From NCBI RefSeq assembly GCF_006345805.1, contig NC_043017.1, positions 10,788,001 to 10,852,000 of the forward strand: 64,000 nt of DNA. The letters run 5' to 3'. Positions within the stretch are counted from its first letter, which is position 1. Each line of letters begins with the position of its first letter. Origin of the DNA: Octopus sinensis (taxonomy: Eukaryota). The notes below the pieces were generated by a model. The model saw only the letters and a list, made by a program, of their open reading frames with translations, made no database searches and was not told where the DNA came from. The position numbers and the translations under genes were made by a program. Below, one piece after another: positions 51,374-64,000 of this stretch.

Positions 51374-51916
51374 TCATGGGCTTTTTCATTTTTAATATAG
51401 GCCTTAAAATTGGCCTCTCTTAAAACAAAACTGAAAATATTCATATGAACACTCAAGTATAAGCAGAGATATATTTCTATAATTACAAAATAGATAAAAT
51501 TTACATTGTGTGTGTGTGTGTTATACCAACAAAATTTAGTTCATACTGTGACACAAACAGTATACTTTTACAATAAAATCAAATACTAACTGCCATACTC
51601 ATAAACTCACACTCCCATCTCTTCCCCCTCTCTCTCTCCGTATATAAATCCATAAACTAGTAAATACTGCAATGTTGTATACTTACAGAAAAGAGACTGT
51701 ATGTACACGTACATACATAGACACACGGTTCCATATATACCAGCACACACACACACACACACACGCCTCTGTATGCAGTAATGCAAACTAGTACACATGT
51801 GGCTATAAACTTGAACTGTAGAAACTCTGGACTCCCCCCACACACACACAGCCATACATGTATCTCACCTCTAAACATGTAATTCCTTTCTAAGACCATC
51901 TTCTTCTACATTTCAG

Positions 51917-51985
51917 TCACCTGCCAAACTTAGTGGCAAAATTATGAAAGGAGATGAAGTGATTCAAGTGAACAATCAGACAGTG
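51917..51985 (+). CDS. CNKSR: CNK exon F (PDZ domain)
   Basis: Acceptor catttcag, donor gtgagt. 69 nt encoding SPAKLSGKIMKGDEVIQVNNQTV, the PDZ SPA...GDEVIQVN motif. Confidence 0.95.
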
Positions 51986-53025
51986 GTGAGTTTGTTAATT
52001 ATAATTAATATGTTAACTAATTTTACTTAATGTAATAATTATAATTAATGTTAATTAATTATAATTAATGTATAGATGTTTCTTTCCCAACTGAGGTAGC
52101 CATGTATCTCCCCTGTAGTAAAAAACCTGTTACTGTCCCTTTATGAAAGTTTAACATCTTATCACCTGGCATAAATCCCTTTCTCTCAGTAGTATTTCCC
52201 CAACCCCATTTTAGTGGTTTTTGTCTTCTAACATTCTTGGTGACCTCACTGGAGCTGGTGCCACATGAAAAGCACTCAGAACATTCTATAGAGTGATTGG
52301 CATTAGGAAGGGCATCCAGCTGTAGAAACCATGCCATTACTGCACCCATAGCCATGCCTAGAACGTCTGCCATTATGTTCTGAGTTCAAATTCTGCCGAG
52401 ATCGACTTTGCCTCTCATCCTTTCGGGGTCGATAAATAAGGCACCAGTTTCGCACTGGGGTTGATGTAATCGACTTAATCCCTTTGTCTGTCCTTGTTTG
52501 TCCCCTCTATGTTTAGCCCCTTGTGGGCAATAAAGAAATATATATTTCTTAGATGACTGTTGAATTTTCAGAAACCTCAAAATAAATATTGGTTACAAAT
52601 TTTGGCACAAAGCCAGCAAGATTAGGGTAGGGGTTAAGTTGATTACATTGACCCCAGAAATCAACTGGTACTTATTTTATTGACCCCAAAATGTTGTGAG
52701 ACAAAGTTGAGGTCAGTGGAATTTGAACTCAGACCGTAAAGATGAACAGAATACTGTGAAGCGTTTTTGCCCGGTGCTCTACCGATTATGCCAGCTTGAT
52801 GCGTTGTCCTCAAGATAAATATCAAAATTTAAGATATGCGCCAGTCTTTGGTACATGATGAGACGAAAGAGCTTGATGTTTAAGTTTTTTCAGTCCCACT
52901 AGTGTATTTTCCTGGTATCAGAAAAAAGAAGAAAAAGAGGTGCGGGGGGGGGGGGTGAGAGAAGAGAAACGTGTCCAAGGAAACCAGTGGTCTTTCGTTT
53001 ATAAAAGCATCATACAGTGTTGTTT

Positions 53026-53413
53026 GGAGGCGCAATGGCCCAGTGGTTAGGGCAGTGGACTCGCGGTCATAGGATCGCGGTTTCGATTCCCCGACCGAGC
53101 GTTGTGAGTGTTTATTGAGCGAAAACACCTAAAAGCTCCATGAGGCTCCGGCAGGGGATGGTGGTGATCCCTGCTGTACTCTTTCACCACAACTTTCTCT
53201 CACTCTTATTTCCTGTTTCTGTTGTACCTGTATTTCAAAGGGCCGGCCTTGTCACTCTCTGTGTCACGCTGAATATCCCCGAGAACTACGTTAAGGGTAC
53301 ACGTGTCTGTGGAGTGCTCAGCCACTTACACGTTAATTTCACGAGCAGGCTGTTCCGTTGATTCGGATCAACCGGAACCCTCATCGTCGTAACCGACGGA
53401 GTGCTTCCATCCA
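53026..53413 (+). mobile_element. tRNA-derived SINE family D
   Basis: Near-identical to 30963-31350. Flank acagtgttgtttg is repeated on both sides (TSD). Confidence 0.87.
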
Positions 53414-54714
53414 CAGTGTTGTTTGAAAGTTTGGTTTAAGCTTATTACACAATGAGGTGACAATTGCACAACCACTAAACGTCAGGTTACACTTCCTACT
53501 ACTACATGCGTATACGTCTACGCCAGATAGTTTCATTAGTTTTTGTTCTTTAATTTATTTACCTCATACTCTTTAATATAAGTGTATTACTCGACAACAC
53601 TGCATTGAGCTGCAACGAAGCCTTTTGCACAATATACCCGTTGCTTCTGTTTTTTAAAGCGTAATTTAGAATGATTCTGTTTGCAAGGTCTCAAGAGTTA
53701 TCTCCCTTAGTTATCTTTTAGAAGTGTAATATTAAATGAAGAATGGCTTTTGTTTTTTTTTAGCCCCAGGTCAACCGTAACCCAGTAGATCTACGTTGAA
53801 ATGTGTTCCAAAAGCCATAATACAAAAATTTATTCAAACTGAATGTATTCTAGGACTACATTATCCAATGTGTCCTACATTTTTTTTAACCATTAGCGAA
53901 TGGGTCAAAATTCTTAGCATTTCTTTCAGCTCTTTATAGTATCGGTTTGAATTTTGCTGAGGTGGACTTTGCCTTTTGCCCTTTCAGGGTCGATGAAATA
54001 AAATACCAGTCACTGGGGTCGGTGTACCACTTATCATCATCATCATCATCATCATTTAACATCTGTTTTCCATGCTGGCATGTGTTGGACGGCTTGACAT
54101 GGAGCTTGCAAGCCACAGGGCAGCATCAGCCTTGGCTGTCTGTTTTTGAGGTTTCCATAGTGGGATGCCCTTGTTAATGCCAAGCACTTTACAGCCAATG
54201 TGTGTGCGTGTGTGTGTGTGTGCGTGCGTGTGTGAGTGCATGTGCGTGCGTGTGCATGTGTGCGTGCGTGTGTGTGCGTGTGTGCGTGCATGCGTGTGTG
54301 CGTGCATGTGTGTGTGTGTGCATGTGTGCGTGCGTGTGTGTGTGTGTGTGGTGTGCGCGTGTGTGTTTGCATGTGTGTGTGTGTGCCTCTTTGTCTTGAC
54401 ATCCTGTGATTGTTGTAAACGAATGCCACTCATTTCCAAACTTCCACAGAAACATGTCTGGTCATGGGACAACGTTTCCTTGATAGGAAACAGGTGAGGT
54501 TTGGCGACAGGAAGAGCATCGAGCTGTAGAAAATCTGTCTTAATGAATAGCCATCTGACCCATGCAAGCATGGAAAAGTGGGTTCCTGATTCTCTTTGGC
54601 TAGTGTTTAATTGATGTCTGTAAGGGAGTATGATGAAGCTATGAATGAACACCACTACATCCTATGTAAGAAATCTTAACTGTCCCCTCCCTGTGTTTCT
54701 GTGTCTCTCTTCAG

Positions 54715-54974
54715 GTTGGCTGGCAATTAAGGAAACTCGTTTCAAATGTGAAAGAGAAACCGAAAGAAGTCGTGCTCTTACTTAAGAAGCGTCCTCACCA
54801 CACCAACCCGTTTGGACACATCCCCAACCGACGCAAGATCTCAAACAAACAGCAGACCTCCACCCTACCCAAGTCGTTGAAGAAACGACGATGCCGTGAC
54901 GAAGAGAAACCATCCAGGGCATCGTTCCAGGAGTATCTTTCGTCAAATGTTACTCCAGATTTTGATACAAACAA
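54715..54974 (+). CDS. CNKSR: CNK exon G (PDZ C-part and linker)
   Basis: Acceptor ctcttcag, donor gtaagt. Encodes VGWQLRKLVSNVKEKPKEVVLLLKKRPHH...PDFDTN; VGWQL and LKKRP are CNK motifs. Ends in phase 2; the next exon was not found in the window. Confidence 0.93.
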
Positions 54975-54997
54975 GTAAGTTCTTTGTTTTGATTCCA

Positions 54998-55231
54998 TAC
55001 TCTCTTTACTCTCTCTTTTACTCTTTTACTTGTTTCAGTCATTTGACTGTGGCCATGCTGGGGCACCGCCTTTAGTCGAGCAAATCGACCCCGGGACTTA
55101 TTCTTTTTTGTAAGCCCAGTACTTATTCTATCGGTCTCTTTTGCTGAACCGCTAAGTGACGGGGACATAAACACACCAGTATCGGTTGTCAAGCAATGCT
55201 AAAGGGACAAACACAGACACACAAACACATG

Positions 55232-55269
<38 letters not shown>

Positions 55270-55447
55270 CACATACATATATACGACGGGCTTCTTTCAG
55301 TTTCCGTCGACCAAATCCACTCACAAAGCATTGGTCGGCCCGGGGCTATAGCAGAAGACACTTGCCCAAAATGCCACACAGTGGGACTGAACCCGGAACC
55401 ATGTGGTTGGTTAGCAAGCTACTTACCACACAGCCACTCCTGCACCT
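54998..55447 (-). mobile_element. SINE family A, about 25 bp downstream of the exon G donor
   Basis: Full-length reverse copy. Confidence 0.87.
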
Positions 55448-58417
55448 AAATACCTTTATTTCTCCTTTCTTTCCTTCTCTCTTGTTGTGAGTGGCCACTG
55501 GCAATCCTATGCTTGGACAAAATCTGCTGTTACTGATACAGTGAAACAATGATTGAAAAAGAATCACTGATGTTGCAATTAGTGAGCAGGCTGAATAAAA
55601 ATTCATTATGAGCAGCAGAAGCAGCATTAGTTCAAAATAGCAATCTATGTATTATACTTAAGGCAGATATATCATTGAAAGCTTGATTTGCCTCAGTATT
55701 CATTCTGAAATAATGTCTCTTATAGACATATTGTTAAAAAACGCAAACATTGGTAGTAGATGAAAATTGGTTGCCATTGGATACTTGCTACACATGAAGC
55801 CCAGGGATGCAGATGAATGTATTTAACAATACCATCTTTACTGTTAGGCTATTTTCGTCTGCTACTGATATATTCCTGTGTTTTTTAACATTCTCTATAA
55901 AAGATGTCATCTCCAGATGAATACCACAGCAAAGCAAGCTTCCAATGATATATCTGCTTTAAGTATGATACATGGATAGCTAGACAGAGATATATGCACA
56001 TATATATAATCATCATTTGTTGTCGGTTTTCCTTGCTGGCATGGGTTAGATGGTTTGACTGAGGTCTGGAGAGCCAGCAGCTGCACCAGGTTCCAATCTG
56101 ATATGACAGTGGGTGCCCTTCCTAACGCCAACCACTCTAAGAGTGTAGTGGGTGCTTTTTACGTGCCACCAGCGCAGGAGCCGGTCAGGCAGGTTTAGCA
56201 TCAATCACATTTGGATAGTGCTTTTTACATGCCACCATCACGTGAATCAGCCAGAAGATACTGGCATCATCCACATTGAGATAATGCATTTTATGTGCCA
56301 CCAGAATAGGAGCCAATCAAGGGGAACTGGCCATAGATACGATTTTGATTTTTCTTGACTCAACAGGTCTTCTCAAGTATATCATACCCAATGCATTAAG
56401 GGTACTCTTAAATGAGCTGGACAAGCAACACTGGCATTGGCCATGGCTGTGACCCCACTTTACTTCTCAATTACAGCATATCTCCAAAGGTCTCAGTCTC
56501 CTGTCATTGCCTATGTGAGGCCCCATGTTCCATGGTCATGCTTCACCATCTATCATCATCATCATTGTTTAGCGTCCGTTTTCCATGCTAGCATGGGTTG
56601 GACGGTTCAACTGGGGTCTGGGAAGTCCGAGGGCTGCACCAGGCCAGTCAGATCTGGCAGTGTTTCTACAGCTGGATGCTCTTCCTAATGCCAACCACTC
56701 CGTGAGTGTAGTGAGTACTTTTTATGTGCCACCGACACAGGTGCCAGACGGGGCTGGCACGGCCACGATTGGATGGTGTTTGTTACGTGCCACCAGCACG
56801 GAGGCCAGTCAATGCGGTACTGGCTACGGCCACGCTCGGTTGGTTTTCTTATGTGCCACCGGCACTGGTACCGCAAAACTACAAATTCCATTGATGTTGA
56901 TCGATTTCGATTTGATTCTTTGATTTTTGATTTTGATATATATATATATACAGGGTCAGGCAAAATGATCTGACACATTTGTAGGTTAAATAAAAGGCAA
57001 ATGAAGTAAAGAAACAAAAAAGTGTTTTTATTTTTGAAAAGTACATATAATGCCATTTTGTTTCATTATGTTTTAAAAATTAAATCAGTCAAATGGGATC
57101 CATTATTGGTCAGTCTGGGGATATAGTAGGAAAGCACTTATCCAAGGTGCTCTGTTGTGAAATCGAACCCAAGACTATTTGGTTGAGAAACAAGCTTGTT
57201 AACCACACAGCCATGCCTGCACCTATATGTGTGTGGTGGGGAGATGAGTGAAATCATTATTTTTTTCTTCTTCTTCATTCTGATTAATTAAGAGATAATA
57301 AAAACACATTCCTAATGACTGAAGTGTTCTTCCTTGCATTTTTGTTGGGTTTTTTTTTTGAGCCAAAGAATTCCTCTTTTTACTCCTCTTCAGTCTGAGA
57401 GTGAAATGTGTGTCTAACAAGTTAGCACAATGATATCTCTCTCTCAGAACAATCCTAACAAGGCCACCACCACCACCACCATGAAGCTTGCAGCTCAAAT
57501 CTTGCATTATTTTTCGGTGATGGCTGTGGTTGGAATGATGGCATGGTGGTGTTGATGGGTGTGGTGATGGGCATGGTGTGGTAGTGGTGGTGGTGGTAAA
57601 GGAGGTGTGTGTAGTTGATTAAGGAATTTTGGAATTATACAGCAAAAAAGGGTGTGGACTGATGCTTGAGGTAATGTGGTGGTGAGGGGTGGTTGAGGGT
57701 GGTTGAAAGAAAGCCAAGGTTCAAGAATGTTTCTTTCTTTTCATTTTTTTTTTTTTGTATCTTTTGTCCCTGACAAAGAATGAAATAATAACTGAGGGAT
57801 TGGGAAGAAGGTATGTGTGCTTTTAACTTTTCCCGATCCATCTAGGATCTTGTTTTAACCCTAGGTCTAACCTGATTGAGAAGACCTATGATCAAATGTC
57901 TTCCAATCATGACCATCCTGTCTATTTTTGAACAACTGGGATAGCTATTTATCTTTTCTACTGCAAACATTTCCTTCCCCCTATTATACTTTGACCCCTT
58001 AATGTTCAGATTAATCTGTGGTGGTGGTTTGTATAGTAGAGGCTGTAGTTGTGATAATGTGTTGGTGGTAGTACATTGGATATTGTCTCCACCAACTCTA
58101 AAATTCCTTTAGAGATTTTGGCAGGAGCGAAATCATAAGTTATAGAATTAACTGATGGTGGTGGTGGTGGTGGTGGTGGTGGTTATAGTAATGGTTGTAG
58201 TAGTGATTATGGTAGTGCTATGGCTGTGAGTGGTGGTGGTGTTGTGGTGGTGGTGGTGGTGAAAGTAAATGATGGATGGTTTTGTGGAACTCTAAATGTG
58301 ACCTTCTGATTTTTATTTATAAATTTTAATCTCTGAGTATCTGTGAGAGAGAGAGAGAGATGTGGGGGAAGAGAGCATGTGTGAGTATGTGAGAGAGAGA
58401 GAGAGACAAAGAGAGAG

Positions 58418-58451
<34 letters not shown>

Positions 58452-59160
58452 CATGCATATCTGTATATGTTCATGTGTGTGGATGTGTATTTTCTGCTAG
58501 ATCTGAGTCGATTTACTTTGTTCTTTTGACTCAGAAGTGAAAATTCACTTGCACACACACACAACACACAGATTTTCTATGGTTGTTGAGGACTGCTTTT
58601 TAACCCCAGATCAGGTCTATGATTAAAGGCATTCCAAACACGACCATCCTGTTGTTTTCATTTTCATATTTAGGATGCCATTGGTTAATGCCCCTCTCTC
58701 TCTTTCTCTCTCATTTCCCAAGATGACTGGTCACGATTTAAGACATTTGGTTGATATTTCTAGCAAATTCACTGACTACATAGTGATTCCCTCGGCTCAT
58801 TCATGGTATGTGTTAAGTTGTGGCATTCATGCCATTCCAAAGAGCATTACTGACATATTTTAAAGTGATTGTAATTGACAAATTAAACTGTTGCACATTC
58901 ACACGAGCATGCACGCACTTGCATGCATGACTGAATATCACTAGGGAAAGGCATAATCCGTGATTTCTGTTTAATGATGGATAAAATGGGATTGATGGAA
59001 TAAATGTAGGCTTATTGATGGAATAAATGTAGGCTTATTGATGGAATAAATGCACCTTATTAGGTGCAGTCATGGTTGTTTGGTTAAGGACTTTGCTTTC
59101 TATCCATGTGGTTTCAGGCTCAATCCCTCTGTGTGACAATCTGGATATGTCTTATACTAT

Positions 59161-59420
59161 CATCATCATCATCATCATCATTTAGCGTCCGTTTTCCATG
59201 CTAGCATGGGTTGGACGGTTCAACTGGGGTCTGTGAAGCTGGAAGGCTTCATCAGGCCCAGTCAGATCTGGCAGTGTTTCTACGGCTGGATGCCCTTCCT
59301 AACGCCAACCACTCCGTGAGTGTAGTGGGTGCTTTTTACGTGCCAGACGAGGCTGGCAAACGGCCACGAACGGATGGTGCTTTTACGTGTCACCGGCACG
59401 GGGGCCAGACAGAGCTGGCT
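59161..59420 (-). mobile_element. SINE-like family C
   Basis: Near-identical to 1545-1838. Confidence 0.8.
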
Positions 59421-59774
59421 ATATAACTATATAAATTTATTCAAAAGAACTTAATTGAAGATTTAATATCCTGTTGGACATCAAATTCTCAAATTTAAGA
59501 AGAGCAGACGTGGATAAACTCATTTCATCAGCCTATTGTGTGTCTGGAGTCAGTAGGATTTTGACACTTAGAGACAGTTGGTATCACTTGCCTGGAAAGT
59601 GCCTAGATTCAAACATGACAAAAGACACACACACACACCACACATTGGCTGGAGCTTGGTCATGGGTTCCGTTCGTAGACTAGGCAGCATGCTGTATCCT
59701 TAAGCAAGGCACTTCATTTCGTGTTACTCCATTCTAGTCAGCTATAAATAAAAACCGGTCAAGTGTTCCTTCAG

Positions 59775-59818
<44 letters not shown>

Positions 59819-60341
59819 CCTGCTTCCAATTGTTAAATCTTTGATGTTCTGCAGGAACAAAGAGTTAGGAGGTCCGACACGATGTCCGTGTTTGTTCCCG
59901 GCAACATGGGGGCGCTTAAAACAATTAGTGGAAGCATGACACATGTTTACCAAGTCATACTTGCTTCTTAGTGATGGCTCTATGCCTGTGTGTGTGTGTG
60001 TAGGCGCATGTGTGTGTCTGCCAATGTGTGATGTTAAGCATCCTCCAATACAAATGACTATTGATCCAGGATAGAAGAATAGTCATTGCTATTTATGTGT
60101 TGTGTGTGTGTGTCAACATGTGTGTGTATTTCCCCCTCACTTATTCCTCTCTCTCTTTCTCTCTCTCTATGTGGCTGTGAGAGACTATTATTTATTGTTC
60201 TTCTTGTATATTTACAAATGTTTATTTCCCCTCTCACATTTGTATGCATGTGGTGGTGTTTATGACTTTGCTTCTCTCTCTCTCTCTCCTGCTCCTATAC
60301 ACACACACACACTTATATGTATGTGTGTATATGTATATATA

Positions 60342-60376
<35 letters not shown>

Positions 60377-61372
60377 CGTGTGTGTGTAAGGCCAATTTAC
60401 ATCCGTTTTTCCATTCTTGCATCATTTATATACGTGTGTGTATGTGTGTGTGTTTGTATATACAAGTATACATATATGTGTGTGTGTATCTATACGTATG
60501 TGTATGTCTGCATGTGTGTGTGTGTGTGGTTCTGTGTATTTACATATATTTCTCTCCTCAGCACCTCTTCAATCTTTCCTGTTTCCCTCTCTGTGTGTGT
60601 GTGTGTATGTGTGTCCTTGTGTTTGGACGTCCAAGCACAAGGACATGTATGTATGCAGGCAGGCAGGCAGACTGGCAATAGTGAAGCATGACTCAGGATA
60701 GGTTGGCTCAAGTACTGGCTAGGGTCACTTCAATAATGTGAGTTAATGCATGCATGTGTGTGTGTGTTTGTATGTGTATATATATATATATATAAGGCAA
60801 GCTGGCAGAGACGTTAGCACGCCGGACGAAGTGCTTCGCGGCATTTCGCCTGTCACTACGTTCTGAGTTCAAATTCCGCTGAGGTTGACTTTGCCTTTCA
60901 TCCTTTCGATAAATTAAGTACCAGTTATGCACTGGGGTCGATGTAATTGACTTAATCCGTTTGTCTGTCCTTGTTTGTCCCCTCTGTGTTTAGCCCCTTG
61001 TGGGTAATAAAGAAACATATATATATATATATCTCGTTTCAATCATTAGACTGCGGCCATGCTGGAGCACCATCTTGAAGAATTTTAGTTGAATGAATCA
61101 ATCCCAGTATTTTTGTTAAGCCTAGTATTTATTTTGTCAGTCTCTTTTGCCAAACTGCTACGTTATGGGGATGTAAGCACATCAACACCAGTTGTCAGGC
61201 AGTAATGGGGAACAAACACACACACACACACACACACAAGATGGGTTTCTTTCAGTTTCCGTCTACGAAATCCACTGACGAGGTTTCGGTCATCCCAAAG
61301 CCATAGTAGAAGACACCTGCCCACCATGCCATGAATTGAGGCTGAACCTGGAACCATCTGGTTGGGATGTAT

Positions 61373-61760
61373 AGTGGCTGTGTGGTAAGTAGCTTGCTAA
61401 CAAACCACATGGTTCCGGGTTCAGTCCCACTGCGTGGCGTCTTGAGCAAGTGTCTTCTGCTATAACCCCGGGCCGAACCATGCCTTGTGAGTGGATTTGG
61501 TCGACGGAACCTGAAAGAAGCCTGTTGTATATGTATGTATATAATATATATATATATGTGTGTGTGTATGTGTTTGTCCCCCTAGCATTGCTTGACCACC
61601 GATGCTGGTGTGTTTACGTCTCCGTCACTTAGCGGTTCGGCAAAAGAGACCGATAGAATAAGTACTGGGTTTACAAAGAATAAGTCCCGGGGTCGATTTG
61701 CTCGACTAAAGGCGGTGCTCCAGCATGGCCACAGTCAAATGACTGAAACAAGTAAAAGAA
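61373..61760 (+). mobile_element. SINE family A
   Basis: Match to family A. Confidence 0.83.
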
Positions 61761-62288
61761 AAAAAAAGAAAGAAAAATATATGTGCGTATATAACATGTG
61801 TGAGTGTGTATGTATGCATGTATGTAAGTGTGTATGTATGTGTTTATGCATGCATTGTTTTCCTCTGATGCTTTTGTTGTGACCTTTCCAGATTTAGACC
61901 ACTTTTTTGAATTCTATGTCTGACACCCATAGACATGCTTATAAAATGAAAAACAGCCCATCACCCATGACTTTTGGAAATATTTTTTCACACTCAGAAC
62001 TGCCGAGTCATTTGTTAGCTGTTGAGATACAATGTCCTTCAGAATTTCCATGCTTCCTGAAATTCACCAACCGTACCCCTAATGCCCCCACCTCACTCCT
62101 TCTTCCTTTTTAAGCAGACGGCCAGTAACTTTGAGATGAGAAGAAAAATCAATTGCATTGAGCCCATTATTAGACCCTTGCTTTATTTTGTTGCCCCAGA
62201 AAGGATTCTTGGCAGAATTTGAACTCAAAATATAAAGAGCCAGGTTTCATGTAATAACGAGTCCACCAGCTCTCTGCCTTAATTATAG

Positions 62289-62518
62289 GGCGGCAAGCTG
62301 GCAGAAACATTAGCACGCCGGGCGAAATGTGTAGCCGTATTTTGTCTGCTGTTACGTTCTGAGTTCAAATTCCGCCGAGGTCGACTTTCCCTTTCATCCT
62401 TTCGGAGTCGATAAATTAAGTACCAGTTACGCACTGGGGTCGATATAATCGACTTAATCCGTTTGTCTGTCCTTGTTTGTCCCTTCTGTGTTTAGCCCCT
62501 TGTGGGAAGTAAAGAAAC
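62289..62518 (+). mobile_element. SINE family B
   Basis: ggcggcaagctggcag...taaagaaac. Confidence 0.83.
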
Positions 62519-63167
62519 AAATTATGATAATAGTAATAGTGTTATCATGTACATTGTATTGTCTTGTTATAAAAAGATGGGCCATAGATTTGCTTGACTT
62601 TAAGCAGTTGAGCATGTCCCTTGGTAGCTGATGATATGTACATCTCTGATCATGAGCAGAAGTAGTGGGGGAGCATCATAACCATGTATTGAAAGGAAAT
62701 TTTGGGGGTTTGAATAACTGACATCTGGAAACATGGGTGCTTCGTTCATCATCCTTAAACATCTCTTACTCAGGAACCTTTTGAGAAGGATGGGCTACTG
62801 AACCTGAAGAAAATTCCAACTGGGCCCCACTACAAGGTCATGTGCTGATATCTTGATATGAGGTCACCATGTTGTGTTCATATGATTGTGATGCATGTGC
62901 CCATAGTACCCGGGTAGTCATGATGGGTATGCTGGGCTTTTACCCCAGTGTCACTTAGATGGCATGCATTACTCTCTCACGAAATTTTGGAGGTGGGGAC
63001 AGTCGATTAGATTGTCCCCAGCATGCAACTGGTGCTTAATTTATCAACCCCAAAAGGACGAAAGGCAAAGTTGACCTTGGCAGAATTTGAAGTCAGAACA
63101 TTGTGACGAGCAAAATACTGCTAAGCATTTCGTCCAGCGTGCTAACGACTCTGCCAGCTCGCCACCT

Positions 63168-63213
<46 letters not shown>

Positions 63214-64000
63214 GATGATGATGATAATAATAATGGCTTCAGATTTTGCACAAGGCCAGCATTTTCAGGGGAGAGGTCAAGTCGATTACATTGACCCCAG
63301 TGCTGAACTTGTACTTATTCTATTGACCCTGAAAAGATGATAGACAAGGTTGACCTTGGGGAATTTTTGAACCCAGCACCTAAAGATAGGCAAGATACTG
63401 CTAAGCATTTTGCCTGGTGTGCTTACCATTCTGCCATCTTGATAATAATAATGATGATGATGATGATGAGGTGGGAGGAGGAAAAGATAAAAATCTGACA
63501 TAAGTCATAAAGAGGGGCTGCTATGTAAGAAATGCTGTAATGATAGAGCATTCAGATGAAGAGTGTGTGTATATATACATGTGTATATACATGTGTGTGT
63601 GTGTGCGTATATATACATGTGTGTGTGTGTGCACATAGACTCTGAAAAAAAAATGTTTCCAAGTATTACATTTTCCTTGTGACGGTATGTTCTGTGATTG
63701 GGTGGCTGGGTACATAGGGTAGAGCACCTGACATGACACACACACAGACACACACACACTCACACACACACACACATATGAAGAAGAAAATGTCAGCGAG
63801 AAGAAGAACAAGCTAAGCCATGCAGTAACACCCTAGGATGTTATCACATGGTGTATGAGTGTGTATGATATTGGTGGATGGATCATATTTAAACAGATGT
63901 CATTAGAGATTGGGATGGGGTGGGGGTGGGGGAGTGGCTGGGTAATGACAACAACAACAACAACAACTTTAGCAAGGAAAATGTCGATGATGATGATGAT

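Noticed and set aside
54052-54655. His/Thr- and Cys/Val-rich ORFs, and many similar ones elsewhere
   Set aside because: Translations of (CA/TG)n and (TA)n microsatellites or of SINE bodies.
59855-59940. Candidate next CNK exon after ttctgcag
   Set aside because: The required phase-2 frame reaches TGA without a convincing donor, and there is no recognisable CNK similarity.

Overview
Eukaryotic, AT-rich, repeat-saturated DNA. The microsatellite and SINE content points to a coleoid cephalopod, probably Octopus (inference). The only host gene found is a CNK/CNKSR (connector enhancer of KSR) gene on the + strand. Seven GT-AG exons between 29324 and 54974 splice in frame and encode SAM, CRIC and PDZ domains. 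The first coding exon and the 3' exons were not found in the window. The rest is probably intron, filled with tRNA-derived SINEs, R4/Dong- and RTE-type LINE 3' fragments, Tc1/mariner fossils, hAT and piggyBac MITEs, Helentron-type elements, minisatellites and microsatellites. Almost all ORFs in the supplied track are spurious. Highlights: (1) at least six minimal hammerhead-ribozyme motifs from three sequence families, all on the sense strand of the gene, including a 275-nt structured insertion and a 221-bp tandem dimer; (2) a SINE subfamily whose target-site duplications all start with GGT and which forms head-less tandem multimers at an identical junction; (3) a 146-bp satellite derived from a hAT MITE end plus its TSD; (4) fold-back and inverted-SINE dsRNA structures near exons.
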